Assembly (NCBI GenBank): GCA_905178155.1
Contig: CAJINV010000003.1
Location: forward strand, 1,669,557 to 1,733,556
Direction of reading: 5' to 3'
DNA: 64,000 nt
Origin: Amoebophrya sp. A120
Taxonomy: Eukaryota > Protista > Dinoflagellata
The translations under genes and the position numbers were made by a program. Under the pieces are notes generated by a model, which ran no database searches, was not told where the DNA came from, and worked only from the letters and a program-made list of their open reading frames with translations. Numbering within the stretch: position 1 is the stretch's first letter; each line of letters begins with the position of its first letter. Shown here in pieces: positions 11,395 through 23,977 of the stretch.

Positions 11395-12161
11395 AAATCC
11401 TCTTGGTCCACATTTCAGATTTTTCTCTTGATCATTTTGATCTTCATGAAGATAATTCTCATTCTTGATAAATGCGCGAGACCGAGCTCCTGGACAAATT
11501 CTGAGGAACTTTCCACTGAGTAGTCCTGCTTCGTCACTTTCTCGGGAAAGCCATCATTTGCATTGGATCTTTTGTCGCCTGATCGTGTTCGTAACTGGAT
11601 GTTTTTCGATTCTGTATGATCTGCGAGGATCATGTTCTCCCATTCATGGATTAGTAGAGTCTACTGTTGAACCGTGTCGTACCTCGTAGGCGAAAGGAGT
11701 AGATCAAATGACCTGTATAAAGTGGTAGAACACAGTGGGTATATCTTTGGCTCCTTCCCGAAGACGAGTTTTTTCTGACCTTCCGTTGATGTTGAGTTGA
11801 AGCTACGTTCATCAGGACCAAAATGTAACATCAAGATGTTGGCGTGAAACATCGCGCTCTTTGTCTTTATCGTTTGACCTAATTTTCCCCTGAAGGTGCA
11901 GACGTGAGACTGCTGAACAAGTATGGGCATGTGCATGTAGACGGACTAGAAAAATCTTTTCGCGGTACGTTAATATCTAATATTTCAGTTTTTTTTTTCA
12001 CGACAGCACTGAGGCTGCCGCCAATCTGCAGTGCTCGTGATCTTATCGCTTACTTATTGTCACACGTAGGGAGGTAGTATACGAAAAAAAAATGAAGTAG
12101 CATGTTATTGGAAGCTGCAAGTAGAGGTTTAAATAGAACCTACTCGCCGCGGCCGCGTAAG

Positions 12162-15100
12162 CTACCAAAAAAAGAGAATGACACCAGTCACGCACAAGAG
12201 AAGCAATACTGCTTGACCCGTCTCGTAGCTCGTTGCACAGAGGAGCTCATGATTCTTCCTTTCGTTCTCATGATGTTCCACATCAGTGGCTGCGTTACTA
12301 CTGTGCTCTTGTCCTGCTCTTCCACTTCCACGTTCGGAAAAGTTCCGGCTAGAAGATTCCTCTAGACGACACGACGACGGTAGTTGTACTATTTTCTCCG
12401 CAGGCGTGTTGCCTAACGACGGAGAGGCACGGGACGAGGACGAGGCGTTCAATTCTGGCGAGGCGCTGGTGCGATGCACCACTACAGTTATGGTGTGACC
12501 GAGGTCACTACAGGACGTGGTTGCCAGGTCCTCGCGGAGATGATCGCCACTGTCGGAGCGTTTCAACGAAGAGGAGGTTGGCGCGCCAATGGGCTCCGGA
12601 TCTTCGTCTTCAAAACTGGAGTAGCCACTCTTCCGCTTGGTCACTACGGGCGAAGAGTGGATATTACTTCTCGAAGATGACGAACTGGAGCGACGAGACA
12701 TCAGATTCTTGCTCCGCGTGAAGAAACTCAGGTTGCGCCGGCTGGGACTGGTCCCCTTCTTCCGCGACAAGCGCAGCACCGAGTACACTGTTCTGCCTTC
12801 CAGCTGCGAGGTCGAGGGCGGCTTGTCACGGAACAGCGTGACGGACAGGAATACCATGGTCAAGAGCGAAAAGAGGAAGAGCTCCGTCGAAAACCAGAAG
12901 AAGCGCTCACATATCCACCAGCTGTCCTGCAGCAGAGGACTGGTAAACGTGGTAGTTGTTGCGTCAGCGGCCGCTCCAGGCGTCGTTCCCGAGAGCGTAG
13001 TGCTGTTCGTCACGGTGGTCGTTGGTTCTTCATCCCCCGCTCTGCTAGTTTCGCTGTCTTGTTCTGTGTCTCGTGCGGTGCAGACATTGTTCCCGCCATA
13101 CGACAGGAACACGATCGACCGGGTGGCGAAGCGGATACAGCCGATCGCCGCGCCCAATAGCAGCCCGGACAAAGCCCCCTCGGTGTTCACGACGGAGGTG
13201 AACATCCCGCACAGAAACAGCGCCACCAAGGGGGGCATCAGGTGCCCCATGATCTCCTGGGCGTAGAGGTAAAAGCTGGTGTCGGAGCGGGTCACCAAAG
13301 GGAGCATGGACAGCGTTAACAACGTCATAATCACCTGCCACACCTTCCCGGCGTACACGCACTCTTTCTCGCTGGCGTGGGGCCGGTAGTGGCGGTACAG
13401 ATCCAGCGTCACCAAGCTCCCCGCCGAGTTGTAGATGGACGAGAGCGACGACAGCATCGCGGCCAGCATGCTCGAGAGGATGATGCCCTTGATGCCCACG
13501 GGGAACTCGCGCAGGACGAGCAACAGGTAAGCCTTGTTCGCCTCCCGAGGGTTCGACAAGTCCTCGGCACACCACTTGGAAGATCGCGGCGCGGCGGGGG
13601 AGCTAGGTATAGAAAGTAAAAGTTTTTGTTCTGATAGAGGTCATGGTTAATTAGGCGGATCCTTCTGATTCTGTTTCTGACTATGCGTCATTTTTCCAAA
13701 AAGAGAAAATGTGGAAAGAGCCCAGTCGTACTAGTTGTATCTATACCTTTCCCTGCAGTTGAATTCGTAAAGCGCCCTGGCGACCATCCCTGGGAAGCAG
13801 ATCAGGATGGGGGAGAACATTTTGAGAAGCCCGGCGAAGAGCACGCCGCGGCGGACGTGGTAGCCGGACTTCGCAGAGAGGACCCGCTGGATCATGAACT
13901 GGTCGAAGCACCAGTAGTACAGCGACACGCAGATGATGCCGAACAGGGGCGCTGGGGCCTCGTAGGGCCCCTGGTCCCGCCAGACGTGCAGGAAATACGA
14001 GGGCACATTGGCGCCGAGCGTGGTGTCGTGCTTGGTGTGCAGCGTGAACAGCGCCACCGCCAGGCCGACGATGCCGCCCGCGAAAAAAATCGTGAGTTGC
14101 ACGGCGTCCACGATCATCACCGCCCGGAGCCCGCCGAGGATGGTGTAGAGAGAGCACAGACCGATCAGCAGGACAGACCAGAAGTACACGGAGTACCAGG
14201 TACCGAGCGGGAAAAACACCTCGAACAGCAGGGCGCCGGCGTAGAGGGTCATGACTGATTTCGTCGTAATGTAGGTGATCAAGCAGAGAACCGCCAAGCC
14301 GCGCCGCAGTCGCCCGTCAAACCGCCCCTCGAGGTACTCGCCGATGGTGGCGATTGGGTGCAAGGTGGATTGGACTCTGTACGAATTGTCCTTGTGCGAG
14401 TCGTGAAGGTGGTAACTGCGACTTTTCCCTTCGACTCCGCGCACCAGTATCGGGCTACCGTTTCTGATTGTAGCATGATCTTCATTCTGCAACACTCCGA
14501 ATGATCCACCGTCAACAAAAGCAGTAGAAGAGGATGTGTTCGTGATTCTGCCCGTGATTGTTGCTTTTGTCGCTGCGGTTGAGCTTGAGCTACTGGAGCT
14601 TGTGCTGCTTTTCCGTGGTGCCGTTGGGGACGAGGAGTCACTGCTCGCGGTTTCCGGGATGACAGCATTGGCGTCCGCCAAAAACATGAAACTTGAAGTG
14701 CCTTGCCTTTGCGTTTTCTCAAGAATCTTTGTATTTGTTCCCGCTCCAGCACTGGGATCAAATCGAAATGTGTTGTCTTCTTCCAGTTGAATCTCTTGCA
14801 TCTCAATATGAGTCATCTTCAGCACGCCTTTGCTAGTACTTGCAGTCGCAGTTCTACTTCCGGAAGGCATCATACTCGCTGGGGACGGAGACGATCCAAA
14901 ACTGTGGCTTGTTTTTACCTCGGGGGACTTGATGTACTGTAACTCTTCGGTCGTCTGCTCGCGAAGGGTTCCCGCGCTGGTACTAGGCGCTGAAAATTCG
15001 GTAGTGGAGCCGGTAACGCCACTCGTGCAGTAGACTGGGTAAAAGACGTACCCCAGCAGAACGATCAGGTAGATTGGCAACCACTCGTGAAGCGCAACGG

Positions 15101-15383
15101 CCAGTCCGTCGTACGCCGCGGTTCCCGCCATCCCGACAAAGTGTTCGGCGCCGATATTCGACGCAAATAGAGACGCTCCCACCAGGTACCACGGCATCGC
15201 GCGCCCAGAGAGAAAGTAGTCTTCGGCTTCGTGTTCGTCCTCCTGGTCGTCTTTGTTCTTCTTCTTCGACGAGGAAACGTAAAATCCTACACCCAAAGCG
15301 CCCACAAGAGACATGGCGACGATGAAAATATCCAGCGCACCCAGGGCGGGGGAATCGTCACCAGAAGCTTGTTGATCAGACAT
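12162..15383 (-). CDS. Sodium:solute symporter (SLC5/SGLT-like), two exons
   Basis: Motifs DYFLSGRAMPWYLVGASLFASNIGAEHFVGMAG, EYLEGRF, YTILGGLRAVMIVDAVQ, YYWCFDQFMIQRVLSAKS, MLAAMLSSLSSIYNS. GT-AG intron 13603-13746 joins NCRES|SPAAP...LSNPREANKAY in frame. Confidence 0.93.
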
Positions 15384-16592
15384 GGTGAGGCTGGTCGAGG
15401 GTTGAGATCGTGGTGTTTCCCTTGATGGCTCCGTCTGCTACAGCAACAGATACGACGAGCTCTGGGGGCCGCTCTGCATCAATAGCATGGTACTGGAGGC
15501 AATAATGTATGTTGAAAATAACCTACTATTTCCGCGGGCCTGCTCCTGCTCGAAGCGCGATGCAACTCCTACACACGGTAAAACGAGACGAAAACACACT
15601 AGCACACACGCCCATAATCCAGAAATACAGTGCCAAAACCGATCTCGACGCCACGGTCTAGATCTTTGGCGGCGTTGTAGTTGATGCACTTGGTGTCACA
15701 ACCACTAGTTGCAGATGATTATCATGACAACGTCGATTTGGGAAAGACAAAGAGTAGTACTACGCTTGTAAAAGCAGGTGCCTCACATCGCAGAAAACGC
15801 AAAAACGCTCTGCAAAGGTCGCTCCTGATAATGCTAATTGCGTCCATATTTTTTCTGTGTTCCTAAAGTTCGCTGTCGCTCAATAATTTCTGTGCTCCTA
15901 ATGTCCGTCGTGCGTATTGTACTGTCGCCAGCAGTGCGAGTGACTCTCGAAAACACTCAGTCGAGCAGAATTTCCGTCTGCCAGAACATGCCGCTCGACG
16001 TCGCACACACAAAACACTCACTAGTAAACTGAGATCCACAGTAGACGTACAAGGCGAAATCCGTTGCCCCGGAGCCTTTGTCTTCCCTCTTCTCCGAACC
16101 AAGACAAACACCGTGTGGTAGATGACCCAAAAAGAAGAAACAATAGACCGTCCTGTCCCGGGCTGCACCCGTTTTGTTTTTGTCCGACAAAGTGCGTATA
16201 AAAAGGAATCGCCGGCCACATGGAGGCCATCGTACAAAACCGCATGCCAGCGCGGAGGCGGCAACATCCGCCAGATTTTATCCACCAAGTACCAATAACA
16301 ACGGCTGGAAGTGCTAGTGCTTTTAAAGTAGCTATTTGCATGGGCTTCACATGTCCTGTGCTTGTTTTCTCCTTCTCGTGCGAAGCTGACATAAAAATTC
16401 TACAGAAAAAATGACATCGACAAGTGGCGCAGAAGATACAGAAGAGTTACAGGTGAAACAAGTTGTAGCGTCACCACGAAGATCGAAATTGTTTTCAGAT
16501 TTACGTGTGACAACTACATCCAAGAGAAAGTGCGAGGCATCATGAATCAGAATCATTTCTCCCGTAGTTTGGCCAGATACAACAAGCTTCTT

Positions 16593-19500
16593 CTAGCGCG
16601 GTGGTCTGACACGACTGTGTTGAACGAAGAAGGCGTCCAGCTGCTGGAGAAAATCGGGGTTGCACGCAGTGTGTCGAAATCTCGATCGCAGCCAACCGGA
16701 GATGTCCCCGGCAACGCGCGGAGCGTTGTAACGGTGATCCAAGAGAAGCAAAGCGGCCCAGTCATTCTTGTGCCTGATCGCCCGCCCGATGCACTGGTTT
16801 ACGGCCTTCATACACCGCATCTGGTAATAGTCTTTTCCGCACAGCGGCGCGGACGCGTGACTAGGTGGATTCGGGCTTCCAGTGGCGGCGCTAGAAGAAG
16901 TAATGTCCGCAGGAGCAGAAGAATTTTGGCAAGAATTCGAATTCGTCTGGTTGTACAACTCGTGGTGACTCCGGACGCGCGCATCCAGGAACTTCATTTT
17001 CTCCTGCAGAACCGGGTCCTGCGGGTTGGGGTACGGCATCCCAACCACGCAGACGCAGCGGCACATATCGTCTTTGAAGTTGATGCCCTCGCTGACTCGC
17101 CCGCCAACCACCGCAAAGAGCAGGCAGAGTTGCTTTCTTGTGTGCGCTTCGAACTCCTTCAGCATTGCATCGGCAGACTCTCCTTGTTTCTCAACAAACA
17201 CGTAATGTGCGGATTCATCACTTCCAACTACTGCCGGTTTGTTCTGGTGTGTGGAGCCAAGTAGAGCAGCAGCTCGACCAGTAGCTGCTGATGTTCTTGC
17301 AGCCTGGTTTTTTGAAGGTGCGTGCTGCCGCATGTTTGACTGGTAGAAGCCTTGGGCAAACTTCTGCATGTAATCGAAGCTGGGAAAGAAGACGACCATG
17401 CCACAGGTTTTCGGCCCCGACCGGCGCAGGCTGCCCTCGATGGCCTGCAGGGTGGCGTGTAGGCCTCGAAGCATGTCCTGCTGTAGCCGGCGGCTGGCGC
17501 GAAAATCCAAGGGAAGGTTGGTGCACGAAGATCCCTGCTTCGACGACGCATCGAGAACGCCCATAGTTGTTGATGGTGTGTGTGTCAACATTCGCGCAAA
17601 CGTGTTTTCCACCGGGACAATGTGGTCAGCTGCGGTCTCGAAGGTCCTCGAGGCGCGGTCGCGGAGCAGCGCGAATTCCGCGCGAGGCTCGAGCGTACCG
17701 GCGACGAAGAGCACGGTTTTTGCCTCGCGAAGAAAGTCAAAGAGATGCGACTCGACGTCGAGATTCAGAATTTTGATCTTCTTGTTCTCCGGCCCGGCAT
17801 CAATCAAGATTCGGTCTTCCGCGGCACTGAAGACCAGAGCGTTCAAGAGCTCCACGAGGTTGTAGATGCCGGAAAGCTGCTGATTAGTGCCTCCTGTGTC
17901 CGCTCCAGGGGGACCACCTCCGGCGGGGAGTCGTTGATGCCGCAGGTGGTCCGTGTTATTTGTGGTTTGCCGAGAATGCCACTCAGCGAAGCCGCGCAGT
18001 TTGCGACACAATTCTCTGGCCTGGATGAAATGCAGCAGAGAACTCAAGTCTTCGGACTCCAGCTCAGAGACTAGCATGAATTTCGCAATGGTCAAAATTT
18101 TACTCGTCGCGGCCGAGGCCGTGGGCGGCTTCTTGTTCCCCGTCGGCGGAGCAACAACAGATGTGCTCGCGACGGCGCCGCGACCTGGAGGTGCTTGTTC
18201 CATTGCCCAAACGTTGGATGGGGATAACAGCTTATCTAGGACGCGTTTCAAACTAGCCACCCCTGCTTTGGTATCTTCGCCGAAAACCGGGGTGTATTTC
18301 GTTTCGTATGCTGCCAAGTAGTCGCGCGTTTTTTGCAGCGCCAAGAAAGAAACCTGGCAGCTGTGCGTGTCGCTGCAGGCATCGAAGACATTGTGCGCCT
18401 CATCGAAAACGACAATGTTGTTTTCCAGCCGGAGCGACAAAGCCTCCCGCGTCTTGGGGTGCAAGATACAGGAGTAGGGCACGAGAATGAAGTCCGCTTC
18501 CTCCACGGCCTCTCGAGCCCCATAGTAGGCACAGGCTTCCAGCTCCTTTGCCTGCGAGACAATATCCTGTGTCGATAAAATCTGGGTCAGAATTTGGTCC
18601 GTGACCAATTCGCTCTTCGCCTTGTACTTGCAGCCCTTCCGGTCGCGCAAAGACTGACACGCTTCGTTGCACTGCGCAGCGTTGGTTTTGGGAATGGCCG
18701 GGTTGCAACAGCCATGGATTCGAGAGGCAAGGCTGACGACGCGCAGGGGCGGCTCGTCTGTCTCCTCATTGTTTCGGTGAGACACAAACTTCGCAATCTC
18801 CTCGGCAAACTGCGAGAGCTGGGAATGCGTGCGACTGCACACGATCACCTGGAGCTTCTTCGCGCCGTTGAGGTACTCGTTTTTTGTGAGCTCGTCTGCA
18901 TCTTCGTCATCCTGTGCCGCGTGTGTCGTGCGAGATCCCGTATTTCCTCCGGCGGTGTTGGCCTTGAGCTTTTTCTGGAGCAGGTACGTGGAAGAATACT
19001 CCAGCGAGAATTGCGCGACATCCGGCTCCTGCTCCTCGTCCGCTGCAGGGTTCTTGCGGTGTCGCTTAGCGGTGCGGCGGGCCGCCTGCTGCTGATCCCG
19101 AAAGTACGTTCCTTGTCCCAAAACAAAGGCTCCTGCGTCGGAACAATCTTTTCGCAGCTCCTCCTCGTGTCGCCGCTGCAACCGCTGCAGACGCGCCTCG
19201 TGGCTCCTACGGAAGGCGTTCTTGGTATTCTCCCACTTTTCGACCAACATCTTCTGTGCGTGTTGCTTCACCCACAGGGGTTGACCGTCGTCGGTTTCGT
19301 TCGCTGCGGGGAAAGAGCCACTGAAGAGCGCGGACCTGTTCTTTGTGCCGCCACATTGTAGTCCTTCTTCGGTCGCAGAGTTCGAATTCTTGGAGGACGT
19401 AGGTGCAGCAACATGCGGTGGCGTGCGATTCGCTTGGTCGAGGAAGCTGACAAGGCCGCAAACGAGAGACATTGTTTTCCCCGTGCCCGTAGGTGATTCA

Positions 19501-19670
19501 AACAGCCCCAACGTCGCTTGCTTCCGGCAGGTGCTGTCGTGTGGGTCCTCGGACACATCGATAGAGCGGCCATATCCACAGGCATCTACAATGGTATTCA
19601 TCAACTCCACCTGCAGTGGGTAGGGCGGGTAGGGGAAATCGTACGGATGCTTCGACGCCACGGCTTCCAT
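16593..19670 (-). CDS. DDX11: DDX11/CHL1 Fe-S DNA helicase (XPD family), intronless
   Basis: FPYPPYPLQ Q-motif, ESPTGTGKT, SRTHSQLSQF, Cys cluster (C..NEAC..C..CAYY), FDEAHN, GRVSEGINF, VNQCIGRAIRH. Start taken at MEAVASKH; the ORF extends to 19748. Confidence 0.92.
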   Translation of the reverse strand: MEAVASKHPYDFPYPPYPLQVELMNTIVDACGYGRSIDVSEDPHDSTCRKQATLGLFESPTGTGKTMSLVCGLVSFLDQANRTPPHVAAPTSSKNSNSATEEGLQCGGTKNRSALFSGSFPAANETDDGQPLWVKQHAQKMLVEKWENTKNAFRRSHEARLQRLQRRHEEELRKDCSDAGAFVLGQGTYFRDQQQAARRTAKRHRKNPAADEEQEPDVAQFSLEYSSTYLLQKKLKANTAGGNTGSRTTHAAQDDEDADELTKNEYLNGAKKLQVIVCSRTHSQLSQFAEEIAKFVSHRNNEETDEPPLRVVSLASRIHGCCNPAIPKTNAAQCNEACQSLRDRKGCKYKAKSELVTDQILTQILSTQDIVSQAKELEACAYYGAREAVEEADFILVPYSCILHPKTREALSLRLENNIVVFDEAHNVFDACSDTHSCQVSFLALQKTRDYLAAYETKYTPVFGEDTKAGVASLKRVLDKLLSPSNVWAMEQAPPGRGAVASTSVVAPPTGNKKPPTASAATSKILTIAKFMLVSELESEDLSSLLHFIQARELCRKLRGFAEWHSRQTTNNTDHLRHQRLPAGGGPPGADTGGTNQQLSGIYNLVELLNALVFSAAEDRILIDAGPENKKIKILNLDVESHLFDFLREAKTVLFVAGTLEPRAEFALLRDRASRTFETAADHIVPVENTFARMLTHTPSTTMGVLDASSKQGSSCTNLPLDFRASRRLQQDMLRGLHATLQAIEGSLRRSGPKTCGMVVFFPSFDYMQKFAQGFYQSNMRQHAPSKNQAARTSAATGRAAALLGSTHQNKPAVVGSDESAHYVFVEKQGESADAMLKEFEAHTRKQLCLLFAVVGGRVSEGINFKDDMCRCVCVVGMPYPNPQDPVLQEKMKFLDARVRSHHELYNQTNSNSCQNSSAPADITSSSAATGSPNPPSHASAPLCGKDYYQMRCMKAVNQCIGRAIRHKNDWAALLLLDHRYNAPRVAGDISGWLRSRFRHTACNPDFLQQLDAFFVQHSRVRPPR

Positions 19671-19914
19671 TTTTGCGGGGCTGAAACTAATGGTTACTAA
19701 GTAAGTGCTAGTGCGAGAATCTTCAGACGAGACGAGATCCAAAAACACAGCTATGCGTAATCATGTACCACAATCTCAGTCACCGTGCTGTCCCCTCACT
19801 GCAAAAAAGGGAAACAATGCAGACAGGGCGCAGCGACGGCAATTAGAAGATATTCTTTGCTGCACATCTTCGAAGCCATCGCGCTCAAAACCCAAAATAA
19901 ATATTATTTATTTT

Positions 19915-20738
19915 GGTCATCACCGCTTCACGTGTCTCACGCGTGAGACCGGCGGGGGGCCGCCCGCCGATCTCACGCAAAGCCAGCAAATCGCGCTGGG
20001 GGATCTGCTGGCTTTGCCTGGTCGGTCCGCTGCCCCCCCCCCCCGTCGAAGCGGGCTGGCAAGATACATTAGTCAAGAAAGTATCACTCTCGAGCAGCTT
20101 TTTTGACGCTTCCCATTGCCAGCCACGCGCCCGCAGTAACAACTGGCGCCAGCTCGGTGACTGTGAGGCGCATGCGACTGGCATCGGGGCCACCTTATCT
20201 ATAAAGCGACGAACAGCGTCGGTGGGAATATTACATAGGGCGGCGCTGTGTGTTTCTGTTTTTTGGTTGGTGGGTTGCGTTGAGAATCAACGCAGAGCCT
20301 TCGCGGCATTGATGCAATTTGCGCGGGGCCTCTTCTATCGGTTTCAGCGAAGGCGCGGGCCGCAAGGCTGCGTGTGTCTGTTGCGTTAGTTACTAGGCGA
20401 AGCGGCGCATGCAGCAAGTGGTGCGCATACTGTGTGCTTCGCTGAATGCCCAAAAGCAGAACGCGTTGCGCGCATGTGCAAAAAATACAGCGGCGCGTGA
20501 TGGCTTGAAAAATTCGCAGCAACAAAAAAAGCCTGCCACTTTGTTCCAACTCGGCCGATCATGGCACTATCTCCATTGATGCGCCTTTTTATTCCAACTC
20601 GGCCGAGCCGTTGGAAGTGGAACGGCCGACAAAGAAAAGCCAGCCGCGGATCCCAAGCCGGGATCTGCTGGCTTTGCGTGAGATCGGCGGGCGCCCCCCC
20701 GCCGGTCTCACGCGTGAGACACGTGAAGCGGTGTGACC
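19915..20738. mobile_element. MITE/foldback-like element with ~100-bp TIRs, intergenic
   Basis: GGTCATCACCGCTTCACGTGTCTCACGCGTGAGACCGGCGGGGGGCCGCCCGCCGATCTCACGCAAAGCCAGCA... is nearly the exact reverse complement of 20635-20738; no TSD or ORF evident. Confidence 0.8.
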
Positions 20739-21149
20739 CCACCCTAAAGCGGATCTCGACGCAATATCAGCATCGACTGGCAGCGGCTTTCACGATGTTT
20801 CTGTTAAATCATGTAACCTCCAAAAACTACACGTCGGCACTGCCGCTTCGATTTGCCGATGGACCTTTTTGAATTTCGTTTTTATCTTCCATCTCACAGG
20901 TGGTCGTGGCAATCTATTCGTAGAATACTACGCACCCAAGTACAAATCAATAAGAGAAACGCAAGCAACAGCGGAAATATCAATGCTCTCATGGAAGATC
21001 GGACACTGACACACACGCACACACACACAAGAAACATATGTATGGATACATTCATGTTGGAGAACACACAATAGCAATATCTATGATGTACACAACCGCA
21101 GGCGTTAAGTCATCACCTAGTGTGGTAAAGTTTGTAGTAAGAGTAGATT

Positions 21150-23160
21150 AGGGCCGAGCGCGAGCGCAGTAGCCAGCACGCTGACGAAGCGAAGCGGCCG
21201 CAGAAATGGCCGGCACCGAGCGGGACAGACACCGACCGACGTGGCACGTTGCGGCCGGGCCAACAGAAATCACAGCGCGCCCTCCGTCCCCTCCAGCCCT
21301 CGCCGCTCACCTGGCGAGGCAGGCGGGCGGCCTGCCGACGCGTGGCGTTCGGATGGCGTCCGGAAAGAATGCGCGAAACACGGCGGGCACTCGCTCCCCC
21401 CCCTTCATAGCAAAAGAACAAGCCCGCTGCCCGGTCTCCCCCGGGCGCCGCCCACTGCCTGGAACACAGCACCCGGCGGAAGCAGACAGGGGCCCGGGGG
21501 GCGCAGCCGGGGTAATTTCCGCCAATCCAGCGGGCGCGCGCGCGTCTGAATTGGCAGGCCAGACACAGGCGAGGCGGGCGCCCCACAACGTAGCAGCCGC
21601 GCCGCAACCTGGCGCGCACGCTGCGCGGGCCCCACAAAGTTTTGCGGCGTAGGAACTCCGTGCAGCCGCTGCGCGACCTTTTCCACAGGGAGAGGCGGGA
21701 GCATTGGTGGTTCGACTTCTTGAGTTTTTGCTGTAAGTTGAAAAACTTGGGCGCCACCCGGGGGCCCTCCTGGGTCTTGTTGACCTGGTGGAAGTCGCCC
21801 GGCACCAGGGCCGGCCCCTTTGAATCGGCGGCCGGCCGGGCCCCCTTCCTCTCCCGATAGGCCGGGCGGGCGGCAGAGTGAGGAAGGCCCCGGAAGAAGG
21901 AAACAAGGGCGGCCACAAAGTAAGCGGCACGCGGGCCCGCGGGCTGTCTAGATAGCGGGCCGCTACGGAGCGCGCTTGCTGCGATAAATGTCGCGAATTG
22001 CGCCACCCCGCGAGCTGTGCTGCGCTTCTGCAGGGGGAAACCGTCGCCCGGTCGGGTTCCGTTCCCGGCTTCCGCTTTGTCGGGTGAGACAAATTGCGGG
22101 CCGGGTAGTTGTTCACGCCCCGGCCGCGGAAGGATCCCCGGGGCCCTCGCCTTCGTTCGATCGCCCGAAGCCTCCCGGCCCAAAGCGCCCGCAGGGCCCG
22201 CGCGCTACGGACAGAGGTGGGCAAACTAACAGGCCCAACGCCAGGGGCCCAACATCTGCAAAGCGCCCGCTGTATCAGCTTGCGCTTCCGCAGTGCGGCG
22301 CGCCTGGGACGAGGCGACATGCTCCAGGTTCTGGCCCATGTGAACCTGGGCGCACTCGCTTGCCTGCGTGCGAGGGCTCTGAGCGGCCAACGCGCATCCT
22401 CGCTCCTTCACCCCCATGACACAGGCGGGGAAGGGGGGCGGACAAGTTTGGGCGCACCCTTCGGGGCCGCTATGCCCCTGCGCCCTGTTACCCTCCGAAG
22501 CAAGCCGGGAGATCTTCGCCCGCAGGTCTTTGCTTCGCCTTCTTAAATCGGCACAACACTCGGCAGCTGCTGGCAGTTGCTCCCGGGAACTTCCACAGCC
22601 GCGCCAATAAAGAACACCCCCACCGGAGTCCAAATCTCCACAGCCTGGCGCGCGTACTCCCGAACGATGAACCCGGGCCGGCGGCAGGGCGACTTCACGG
22701 CACGCCCCACAACGGTAACAAACTGCAGGCCGGCGCAATAACCGCCGGAAACTTCGCCCACTGGGGCTCGCTGCGCTGCCTGCCTGTTCCCTGTACGGCC
22801 TCGCGCTCGGCCGCCGGCAGAAGAAACCCGGGCGGCCCCAAAAACGCACGGGGCCCAAACGCGTGCGGCGCACCCGGGAAAGGGATGCCCACATTGACGG
22901 GGATCGCCCACGGCCAAATTAGCGGGCACCTGCCCCGGGTGTCCAATCATGTACGTGCCGGCGTCGCGGATCTGCACAGCGGTGCACACCGGGGCCATCG
23001 TCTACGACTGCCAGCCCGACGACCGACCCCGCGGCGCGGCGGCGCCGCTTGGCCGGGCTTGCTGCGCCGGCCTTGTGACAAAGTTGCGCGCGGCCCTCGT
23101 CCAACCCGGGCGGCTGGGCCCAATCCACCAACGGCACCGGGGTGCCTTTCTTGTCAGGAA
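21150..23160. other. Very GC-rich island without a coherent ORF; probable degenerate mobile-element relic
   Basis: Abrupt composition change; only overlapping Arg/Ala/Pro/Gly-rich ORFs on both strands. Confidence 0.45.
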
Positions 23161-23977
23161 AAGGAGCAATGATCCGTCAACAGCTGGACCGCCGTTGCTT
23201 TTTAGAGGAGCAGCACGTGGTCACGCCGAACGACGCCGGGGAACACAAATCACTTGCACACACACGGCCTAGCCGTGAGTGAGTACATGAACATGCCTCG
23301 TGGAGAAGTCTAGTAGAAGAGCTACCAGGCACTCCTTCCAGTTCAGGGTCGCATTTGCGGCGGAATGCCTTCTCTTGGTTACAGTTTTGAAGTCGTCCGT
23401 TTCTTGCAAAGCGATGCAGGAGAGGGCACAAATAAAACCAGAATCAACGAAGGCGCATCGGGTCCGCACTACTCACACTTACTAACAAGATATACTCGAG
23501 AATGTAGAAGTTAGCTATCATACATGTTAAGCGCCGCATCTGCGTAGCACGAGACATCATGATTGACGCAATGAAATAGAAACTCGTTTAGGTAAACAAT
23601 CCCAAAAAGAAAAATCGAAACACGTGAGTAAAAATTTGTAGAAGTCCGCCTGCAACTGGGTACTTAGTCAGTTTATCCACTAGTTCGTCGTGCTCCTAGC
23701 GGGACTTGGAGATAATTTTCTGATCGAAACATATCAAAGTGTAAACGTTCGAAATAAGTAGTTAATGCGAAACGCAAATAATCGTAATCAGTATCGAACT
23801 TCAATCCGTCAGGGCCATGAATTTTAAAAAAATTGCAAAGATCATAGATGATAAGCCTAAGCCTCCTCTTCAACCCGCATCTCCAGAAGGTCCAACGCCG
23901 CCCCAGCCGCGCCATAACGCGTGCATGCACGTTAAGGAAAAGGTTGCGCTACGCCTCAGTTTTCGGCTTCTCGTCGC

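Noticed and set aside
21004-21030. Short (CA)n tracts here and at ~61148-61170
   Set aside because: Ordinary microsatellites.
21113-22320. 337-356 aa ORFs as real genes or a transposase
   Set aside because: Overlapping frames expected from extreme GC; no DDE, RT or HUH motifs recognised.
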